A DNA stretch of 64,000 bases, taken from sequence record NZ_CP084013.1. One strand, given 5' to 3'. The position numbers were made by a program, and so were the translations under genes. Below the pieces are notes generated by a model. It was not told where the DNA came from, made no database searches, and saw only the letters and a list, made by a program, of their open reading frames with translations. Of this stretch, positions 57,506-64,000 are shown piece by piece (positions within the stretch are counted from its first letter, which is position 1; every line of letters starts with the position of its first letter). The DNA comes from a plasmid.

Positions 57506-58106
57506 ATTCCGCGCCGACCTTTCTTAAAAAATCCTTGATTCTCGGATATCTTTGCGCAGCGTCATCCAGTACCGTGCGACGTTTGTCATCATCCAGTATC
57601 GGCATGGAGGAAACAATGGCATCCTTCAACGACTGGATAGGCATGCCTTTGTATTTGGAGCGCGTCTTCTTCTTGGTGACGACCCATTTCACGGAGAGCT
57701 GGGGATATCGGCGTGTGGGAACCGCAATATAGAACCCCGGTTCGCCCACGTCGCCTAATTCCATGAACTCCAGTACGCTTGGCCCCCAGAGGAATGCGTC
57801 TTTCCCTGCTTTCGCGAGATATCTGGCGGTTTCGCATACGTCCCAATCGATTTTGTCATCGTCCGTATACCAGACGTATACGCCTCTGGTTCCGTTTTCC
57901 ACGTCAGGGTTGTCTTTGGCCCAGTGACGCAGGGTTGAGGCTTCGACTCCGGCCTCCCGGGCGGCCCACACCGGTATGTTTCCAGCCCACTTGCGCGCTA
58001 TGGGTAGCAGTTTTTGTTCCAGTTTCTTCATGCTTAATATTTTACCACGCTTCATTACATAAGAAGCGGTAATGAAGCGTGATGAAAAACGATGATAAGA
58101 CTGCAA
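57492..58106 (-). CDS. abiEi: AbiEi-family antitoxin/transcriptional regulator-like protein
   Basis: 204-aa protein immediately upstream of and overlapping abiEii; N-terminal wHTH-like region. Confidence 0.55.
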   Translation of the reverse strand: MQSYHRFSSRFITASYVMKRGKILSMKKLEQKLLPIARKWAGNIPVWAAREAGVEASTLRHWAKDNPDVENGTRGVYVWYTDDDKIDWDVCETARYLAKAGKDAFLWGPSVLEFMELGDVGEPGFYIAVPTRRYPQLSVKWVVTKKKTRSKYKGMPIQSLKDAIVSSMPILDDDKRRTVLDDAAQRYPRIKDFLRKVGAEYGIE

Positions 58107-58471
58107 TCACTTCATACAGCGACAGGTGTCTTGATGATGGGACGATGCTGATAGCCCACGACCTTGAAATCCTCGTACTGGTAGTCGAACAGGGAATCCG
58201 CCTTGCGGATCTCGATGGTCGGGTACGGGTAGGGTTCGCGGCCCAGCTGCTCGAGGAACTGGTCGACGTGATTGTCGTAGACGTGGCGGTCGCCGCCAGC
58301 GAGAACGCGGCTACCAGTCCGCCAATCACGGAGACCGCGTGCAACCCGGACGGGAGCCACGGGACGCCGAAGCCCAGCCGGTCGCAAAGGAACGCCACCA
58401 GCGCCGCGGCCAGGGTGACGGCGAGCGCGATCGCGCCGACCGTCAGCAGGCGGCCCAATCCGATGAATCAC
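58042..58471 (-). pseudogene. membrane protein gene with apparent frameshift (TM N-terminus 58458.. in one frame, conserved-looking C-terminus ..58112 in another)
   Basis: Two overlapping ORFs in different frames. Confidence 0.3.
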
Positions 58472-58814
58472 ATAAACCCGCGCATGGTTTCCTTCTCCAT
58501 CTTCCCGTACGGGGTGGGTGTTCGTATCGGATGGGCGCCAGCACTCCGACCTGCCCCAACGCCTCGCTTAACAGGTCGTATGCGAGGAACTTCTCATACT
58601 CGTCGAGGCCCGGCGGCTCGTCGTACTGGCATTCGGAACCCGTCCAGCATCCGTGCAGATGCCAGTCCAACGCGGTGAACCAGCGGCCGCACGAGCATTG
58701 GGACTTGAACGGACGCTCCGGATCCGTGACGCCCGTATCCCGGTGCAGGATGAACGTGGAGAGTTCTCTGGACGGAACGGATTCGCGTCGGACATGCGCA
58801 CTTGACGTTTTCAT
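58443..58814 (-). CDS. hypothetical Cys-rich protein
   Basis: 123 aa from MKTSSAH; CSCGRW...HGCW...C. Confidence 0.3.
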   Translation of the reverse strand: MKTSSAHVRRESVPSRELSTFILHRDTGVTDPERPFKSQCSCGRWFTALDWHLHGCWTGSECQYDEPPGLDEYEKFLAYDLLSEALGQVGVLAPIRYEHPPRTGRWRRKPCAGLCDSSDWAAC

Positions 58815-59089
58815 TATCGTTCGTCCCGTTGTGTTGGTCGTTTCCGTTGGTCTTCCTCCATCACCAGAATCGCGCCGCCGAACAGTTGGCTTCCGATGAA
58901 CGAGCAGATCACGAACGCGGCAACCAGAACGACAAGAGGGATTCCCGTCAGAGGGACACAAGCGCCGAATACCAGCGTTCCCGCCGCAATCAGCATCAGA
59001 ACCGCCCCGGCCTGCGCGAACCGTACGGCATGGGCCTTGTCCCGTTCGATGAGTCCGATGACGGAATCCAGGAAAAAGATGTTCCTCAT
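58814..59089 (-). CDS. small membrane protein (91 aa)
   Basis: ATG after GGAGGA RBS; two TM helices. Confidence 0.4.
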   Translation of the reverse strand: MRNIFFLDSVIGLIERDKAHAVRFAQAGAVLMLIAAGTLVFGACVPLTGIPLVVLVAAFVICSFIGSQLFGGAILVMEEDQRKRPTQRDER

Positions 59090-59100
59090 GATTTCCTCCT

Positions 59101-59367
59101 TCACGCGTTCGTATGGTCGAGGATCCACCGGGCGACGCTTCGGGCGGTCTCCTCCGGCACGTCCATGCGCATGGATGCGTTGCCGGCCTCCATATAGAAG
59201 CGGACGAGCCCGCGGCCCGCGAGCCGGTCGACTTCCAGCAGATTGTCGGCATCCTCGGCACGGCAGTATTCGCTTGTATCGTTCTTCGCCCGTTCGCGCA
59301 GATGTTCGGGCAGATATTGGTTGGCGAGAATATCGCGGCGTAGTTCGTCGCTGTCGGTGAATTCCAT
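59101..59367 (-). CDS. hypothetical protein (88 aa)
   Basis: ORF in an operon-like array. Confidence 0.35.
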   Translation of the reverse strand: MEFTDSDELRRDILANQYLPEHLRERAKNDTSEYCRAEDADNLLEVDRLAGRGLVRFYMEAGNASMRMDVPEETARSVARWILDHTNA

Positions 59368-59370
59368 CGG

Positions 59371-59901
59371 CTACCCTTTCGAATGTTTCGCGCCCGGCTT
59401 CCATACCGGTGTCCCTGGATTCACCGGGGAAACAATCATCCCTTGGTTATCGCGCAGTTCGACGTTTGCCCCGTCGATGCCCAGCGTGCCTTCGACGCGC
59501 CGCCCGTTCCGCTTCCATGAAACCCGGTAGGATCCTTTGATTCGGGGGAAACCGGACAACGGGTCCATATATCCGGGTTCGGCGATCGCGAGACCATCGA
59601 GATTCCACACGTCGCCCACATACTCGTCCATGGTCTTCGGCTTCGGGCCTCGGGGGTTCCAGTTCTCGGCCGGGGACATGAGCGCGAAGGCGACGAACGG
59701 CAGCAGCACCGATGCGCCGACGAGCCTGCCCTCGTCCATCGTGAGATTAGGAAAGCCGTTCCGTGCCATCACCAGGCAATAGGCATACGCCATGAGCGGA
59801 ATGTCCGCGAGGAAGGCATACCAACCGAGAGCATTCAGGACCCTCAACAGCAATGGCATCCGCGAATGGTCCACCGCCTGAGCGTATTCGACAAGCTCCA
59901 T
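59371..59901 (-). CDS. hypothetical membrane protein
   Basis: Start MELVEY...; two TM helices then a soluble domain. Confidence 0.4.
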   Translation of the reverse strand: MELVEYAQAVDHSRMPLLLRVLNALGWYAFLADIPLMAYAYCLVMARNGFPNLTMDEGRLVGASVLLPFVAFALMSPAENWNPRGPKPKTMDEYVGDVWNLDGLAIAEPGYMDPLSGFPRIKGSYRVSWKRNGRRVEGTLGIDGANVELRDNQGMIVSPVNPGTPVWKPGAKHSKG

Positions 59902-60324
59902 CAGCTGAACCTCCAATGCAGTTCGTGCTGGTTTCGCTGACCGATGGCGTCGGGGAGGATGTTCACGCCGAGCGCGGCGTTGTTCTGATGCTTGGTGAGT
60001 GTTACGCCCGTCTGGTCGAATCTGGTCACTTGTCGTTCTCCTGTCTGTATTCGGCCACATGCAGTGGCTTGGCGTCGATTAACCCATGCGTTCTCGCCTG
60101 TTCCAGCAGCCATGCCGCATCTGCCGGACGGCACGCCCCCGTGACGCCCGAACGCCCGTCGGGGACGTGTCCGCGTATCCCGTTCCACCGGTCGGCCACC
60201 GTGTACTCCACCAGCCCGTCCGGCAAGACCAATCGTTCTCGCGCGCACACCAGAAAGCGTCCGTCGCATTCGATTATCGCCCACCAGTACCGGTTCTCAT
60301 GCGCGGGGGAGGAGAACCTGACTC

Positions 60325-60864
60325 TTACTCCGCGAGTTTCCAAGTCCGGCTCCTTTCCAAGACGAGATGCCGCTGGGTCAGTTCGGAAAGCCGGTATGCG
60401 AACTGGTAGACCGCGTTCAACGAATCGTACAGGGCGAACTTCTCCGATTCGCTTACGGCGTCGTTCAGGTCGTCGGCGAGGTCGGCGTACGCCTGACCGA
60501 TGGCGTCGGGACGGTTTTCCACGTACACGATTCCGTTCTTTTCGACGTCCACTTCGACGCAGTCCATCTCCATGTCCACTACCAGCATGTAGACGAACGC
60601 CTCGTCGGGCAGATAGGCCAGCGGGCGCACGTCCGAGATGACGTTCTTTTCCGTGACCGTGGTCGTGCAGATGACCGGCATGTCGCAGGCGGGGGCGAAC
60701 GGTTCGCGCGGGTCGTCTAGAATCCCCGCGTAATCGACCATGCAGCGGGCGGCGTGATGCCAGTCGCATGGCGTGAAAACGTCGATGAACACGCCCGTCC
60801 TGACGTCGGGTGGAATGCTCAGGAACACCTCTCTGGCGACCGTCTCAAGTTTCCTGTCCCCCAT
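60325..60864 (-). CDS. highly acidic hypothetical protein (180 aa)
   Basis: D/E-rich; start MGDRKLE overlaps the upstream gene end. Confidence 0.4.
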   Translation of the reverse strand: MGDRKLETVAREVFLSIPPDVRTGVFIDVFTPCDWHHAARCMVDYAGILDDPREPFAPACDMPVICTTTVTEKNVISDVRPLAYLPDEAFVYMLVVDMEMDCVEVDVEKNGIVYVENRPDAIGQAYADLADDLNDAVSESEKFALYDSLNAVYQFAYRLSELTQRHLVLERSRTWKLAE

Positions 60865-61399
60865 CGGGGAAGTCCTTTCTAATAGTGGATGAATTGCAGT
60901 TGCTTCGCCTGTTCTGCGGTGAACGTACGACTGAACGGCTTGCCGTTGTATGCGGCACCGCACTCGGACGTAGTGAAGGAACCATTATGTCCAGTTCTGC
61001 CCATGCGGACCATTGCTCCCGGTCTGGAACCAGTTGGACGGACAGGATAATCGGGATACGGGCGTCACTCTCCCTTACCGTCTCCATCAAAGCTGAATCG
61101 TCTTCAAGACCCGGATTCACATGGTCGATAATCAGAAAGGAATCCGGCTCTTCCAAGATGGACGTGGGATCGTTCACCGGAATCACACCTTGCACGGGCT
61201 TGGTATAACCTCGATCCACATACCCGTCAAACATATAGACCCGTTGCCCCATTTCGTTGAGACCAGGTATCAGGGTGTGTGTCAGCCACCAGGTCTTGCC
61301 GCATCCCGCGCCACCCGTCACCAGTAGGTTCCCATCGGAAACCGGGTTCCATGTCGCAACGCCATCATCGACCAATCCGATTGTGAGGCTTTTCACCAT
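60845..61399 (-). CDS. small P-loop NTPase (FtsK/UvrD-like Walker A/B)
   Basis: Walker A LLVTGGAGCGKT, Walker B-like FLIIDH. Confidence 0.45.
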   Translation of the reverse strand: MVKSLTIGLVDDGVATWNPVSDGNLLVTGGAGCGKTWWLTHTLIPGLNEMGQRVYMFDGYVDRGYTKPVQGVIPVNDPTSILEEPDSFLIIDHVNPGLEDDSALMETVRESDARIPIILSVQLVPDREQWSAWAELDIMVPSLRPSAVPHTTASRSVVRSPQNRRSNCNSSTIRKDFPDGGQET

Positions 61400-61635
61400 G
61401 CGCAGCTCACCTCCATCCAGATAAGCCCGCGCCCGTCCACAATCGATTTGAACTCGTCTATCCGCCAGCGGAGCGCGGCCGAATCGACCTTGAATGATTC
61501 AAGCCCGCCGTCGCGCAACGATTCGAACAACGCGTCGGCCTCGGCCCGGGTTCCGAACGGTTCCGGCCATGCGACCCATCGGCCGGGGTGGCATGGCAGC
61601 CAGCGTGCCAGCTCTTCGTATTCCTCCTCGTTCAA
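61393..61635 (-). CDS. hypothetical small protein
   Basis: 80-aa ORF, overlapping neighbours. Confidence 0.3.
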   Translation of the reverse strand: MNEEEYEELARWLPCHPGRWVAWPEPFGTRAEADALFESLRDGGLESFKVDSAALRWRIDEFKSIVDGRGLIWMEVSCAW

Positions 61636-62402
61636 TTTTCTGTCTCCTTATCCGCCGGATGCCGGATACCGGCCTCTCGATCCAACCTGTTGACAATGTC
61701 CTGCATGCCCGGGTGGTACCGTTCGATCAGGAGCAGTCCCCGATGATGGTCGTTGCGAATCGAAACCCATGTTGGGCAATAGTCCAAGAACTCGTCGGCC
61801 TGCTCGTTCAGCTTCAGCATCCCATTCCGACGTATGATCGTGTAGCCTTTCGAAGACACGGTGAATATGACCGGCTTGGACCATGGAAGACCGACCCCGA
61901 AAATCGAATCCATACAAACCTGCGCATTCCAGAATTCCGGGACCCCCGGAAGGTCTTCAGGCATCCAAAGCGCAACTATGACAAGAAGAAAAACGCCTGA
62001 GAATAAACCAATGCAGAGCGCGAGTGCGGAATTATCCGGATCCGCTTGGAAAGGCAATACCGCCAAACGCTTTTCCCAGAACGATGGGGGAATCCGTATG
62101 GACAGGATGATGACCCATATCTGGCCCAGTACAAACAGCAGGCGCGATACCGAACCGACGATTTCCGAACCGGACAGAGCTTGTATCAGCAATGCCATGA
62201 CATCATATCTGACGATAACAAAATCGAGGACGAGCAGCGATAGCACTACTGCCGCAATCAGCGTATAAACGGCGATTCCGACAGCCCATTCCCCGATCGT
62301 CCGACCCCACAGCATGAACGCGGGGACGATGGCAGCGCAGACGACTATCGTCAACGCGACGATATGGGGCGGATCAATTCCTTTTCTCATCATGTCTCTC
62401 AT
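61632..62402 (-). CDS. membrane protein (5-6 TM) with soluble C-terminal domain
   Basis: 256-aa ORF; hydrophobic N-terminal two thirds. Confidence 0.45.
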   Translation of the reverse strand: MRDMMRKGIDPPHIVALTIVVCAAIVPAFMLWGRTIGEWAVGIAVYTLIAAVVLSLLVLDFVIVRYDVMALLIQALSGSEIVGSVSRLLFVLGQIWVIILSIRIPPSFWEKRLAVLPFQADPDNSALALCIGLFSGVFLLVIVALWMPEDLPGVPEFWNAQVCMDSIFGVGLPWSKPVIFTVSSKGYTIIRRNGMLKLNEQADEFLDYCPTWVSIRNDHHRGLLLIERYHPGMQDIVNRLDREAGIRHPADKETEN

Positions 62403-62691
62403 TCTTGTGGTCGCGGACGATGAAGATCATCCAGCCGAAGCACGGGAGCATCCGGTATTCGCCGGACCGGGTCAACGCGGCCGCCAGGCGTTCCGCGCCG
62501 GGGCGGGTGGTCCATTCCCGTGAATCCTCGTCGTAGTCCTCGGCGATCCAACCCTTCTTCAACAGGCCGTAATGCGCCTTCTTCCACGCCCAGCTGACGA
62601 TCGCGCCGAACAGATTGCCCGTCAGATACAGGAGCAGGATTCCCAGTATGATCGCGAACGGGGTGAGCACGCCCCACCAGTACCCGTCCAT
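62374..62691 (-). CDS. small membrane protein
   Basis: Start MDGYWW; one TM helix. Confidence 0.35.
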   Translation of the reverse strand: MDGYWWGVLTPFAIILGILLLYLTGNLFGAIVSWAWKKAHYGLLKKGWIAEDYDEDSREWTTRPGAERLAAALTRSGEYRMLPCFGWMIFIVRDHKNERHDEKRN

Positions 62692-63032
62692 CAGAACCGC
62701 CCCAACCGGTGCAGGGCCTCGGCCGAATGGATGCGGGCCTGTTCGCCGCCCGCGCCCTCCGCGGCGTTGACGGCCGTCCCGTTCTCGGCCGGCGAGGCGA
62801 ACATGGGTCGGCGCAGCTCCCCGTACTCCAGCTCGTAATCGGTCGGATCGTGTTGGGCGGCGAGCCGGGCCAATTCCCTGACCTCCTCGCCGGACAGGAT
62901 GATCTGCGCGGTGTCCAGGCCGTCGAGCAATTGGCTTATCGTCCAATCCCCCGTCGCGGGATCCCGCCACGCTTTGCACCATTCGCCCAGATATTCGAAA
63001 TCCTCCGGCGGATGCATGTAGTCGAATGCCAT
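62691..63032 (-). CDS. hypothetical protein
   Basis: Start MAFDYMHPP. Confidence 0.35.
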   Translation of the reverse strand: MAFDYMHPPEDFEYLGEWCKAWRDPATGDWTISQLLDGLDTAQIILSGEEVRELARLAAQHDPTDYELEYGELRRPMFASPAENGTAVNAAEGAGGEQARIHSAEALHRLGRF

Positions 63033-63034
63033 GA

Positions 63035-63391
63035 TCAGTTCCTTTCCGTGGGATCCGGGTCCGGATCCCATCCGCGTATGCGTGCGATGAGCCGGCAGAC
63101 GCCGGCCGGCATGAGCAGTATGAAAAACGTGGCGGCGGCGGCCTGCGAGATGGCGGTCATGATGCGGATGCCGGACAGGAGCCGCAGCAGGAGCGCGCCG
63201 CCCAGGGTGGCGAGGGCGCCGAACGCCATGAGCAGGAGCGCCATGGCGAGGCTGGCTGCCAGCAGTCCCGGCTCCACGCCCGCCGCCGGCCGGGGCTCCC
63301 CCATGTGTCGGGATGATGCGCCGTGCCTCATCGTCGTCCGCCTTTCACATGCCGCCGGCGTCCGGGCTGTCCGATATAGGAGAGCGTCCAT
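63035..63391 (-). CDS. membrane protein
   Basis: Ala/Leu-rich TM segments. Confidence 0.3.
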   Translation of the reverse strand: MDALLYRTARTPAACERRTTMRHGASSRHMGEPRPAAGVEPGLLAASLAMALLLMAFGALATLGGALLLRLLSGIRIMTAISQAAAATFFILLMPAGVCRLIARIRGWDPDPDPTERN

Positions 63392-63429
63392 TCCCCGGCG
63401 TCCCGCGTACGGTCGAGTGAATTTTCAAC

Positions 63430-63562
63430 GTTTGCGTTTTCGTTGTTCGTTGTCGTGTTTGGTGTCCGTCTTGTCGCCTGTTTCTTTTCCGGCGAAGGCG
63501 AGCACTATCGTGCAGATGAGGCACGTGATGAGGATGAGCGTGGTTCCTGGGTCGATTGCCAT
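63430..63562 (-). CDS. very small membrane protein (44 aa), first gene behind the minus-strand motif promoter
   Basis: MAIDPGTTLILITCLICTIVLAFAGKE...; not in the ORF track (under 60 aa). Confidence 0.25.
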
Positions 63563-63622
63563 CAGGCTCGCTGCCCTGTTGTTTGATGTTTTCCGAGCAT
63601 GATTGGTGCCTTCTACGAAAAT

Positions 63623-63654
63623 TTTATGTGGACTAATTCAGTATAACAGGTATT
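63623..63654 (-). promoter_or_regulatory. recurrent promoter-like motif copy (rc: ATACCTGTTATACTGAATTAGTCCACATAAAA)
   Basis: Extended -10 TGTTATACT on the minus strand; heads the minus-strand gene array 63562..58100. Confidence 0.5.
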
Positions 63655-63725
63655 GCCGATTTCGCGACATCACGGCTTCTCGCCAAAACGGGAGGCCGGA
63701 CCCCTAGAATTGTCTCCGAACGACA

Positions 63726-63758
63726 ATATGCCTGTTATGCTGAATATGTCCACATAGA
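63726..63758 (+). promoter_or_regulatory. recurrent promoter-like motif copy (ATATGCCTGTTATGCTGAATATGTCCACATAGA), divergent from the copy at 63623..63654
   Basis: RBS GAAGGAGAG and ATG 63771 downstream. Confidence 0.55.
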
Positions 63759-63770
63759 AGGAGAGTTCCA

Positions 63771-64000
63771 ATGACCAACCAAAACAAGTCAGACCAAGCC
63801 CGCCAACGACGCCGCAGCTCGGACGGACGATTCGCGGACGAAGACAAGCAGGACAGCCTCCCCTCCGACACAAAAATCCAACAGGTGGCCAGCCTCCTCA
63901 CCGACGACACGGAGCCTGACTTCAACCAGCTGCTCACAGCCACCGGCGCATTCGACGACCCCTACGAGGCACGCCATATCGAATTCGACATGCCCGACGG
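63771..64000 (+). CDS. hypothetical protein, N-terminal fragment (continues past window end); R-x-SDG-x-FA-x-E-x-K motif
   Basis: ATG after GAAGGAGAG; N-terminus similar to that of the 5603..6355 protein. Confidence 0.4.
   Translation, partial: MTNQNKSDQARQRRRSSDGRFADEDKQDSLPSDTKIQQVASLLTDDTEPDFNQLLTATGAFDDPYEARHIEFDMPD

Noticed and set aside
1-64000. rRNA, tRNA, tmRNA or riboswitch genes
   Set aside because: No sequence with tRNA cloverleaf hallmarks or rRNA-like conserved blocks was recognised by eye. This cannot be excluded without tRNAscan or Infernal.

Overview
This 64-kb window is high-GC (about 60%) DNA from a Gram-positive actinobacterium, probably Bifidobacterium-like, judged from LAXTG sortase signals, an SSB with an acidic tail and the GC content. 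It is a mosaic accessory region. The main parts are:
(1) a ParA plus RHH partition pair followed by a secreted HNH nuclease and a run of small unknown genes;
(2) five IS200/IS605-family elements (tnpA Y1-HuH transposase and/or tnpB RNA-guided-nuclease homologue) with CCCCCGC-N-GCGGGGG subterminal hairpins, three of them nested around a phage-type Dam methyltransferase and a tandem zinc-ribbon protein;
(3) a lysogeny-switch-like module: a cI-like XRE repressor, an ImmA/IrrE protease, a divergent cro-like gene with three palindromic operators, a NERD/zinc-ribbon membrane protein, and a replication-initiator-like gene with an internal iteron array;
(4) a 25-kb island of cell-wall-anchored surface proteins with LASTG, LAKTG and LPFTG motifs, a class C sortase, a segmental duplication of the giant adhesin's 5' end, a YefM/YoeB toxin-antitoxin pair and an orphan HigA;
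(5) an orphan N4/N6 DNA methyltransferase and an SSB;
(6) an AbiEi/AbiEii abortive-infection pair followed by a long operon of small unknown genes.
A conserved ~30-bp promoter-like motif (extended -10 TGTTATACT plus downstream CCACATAGA) occurs six times, in front of parA, ssb and several unknown genes. No rRNA, tRNA or CRISPR array was recognised. All calls rest on reading motifs in the sequence and ORF track; no database searches were run.
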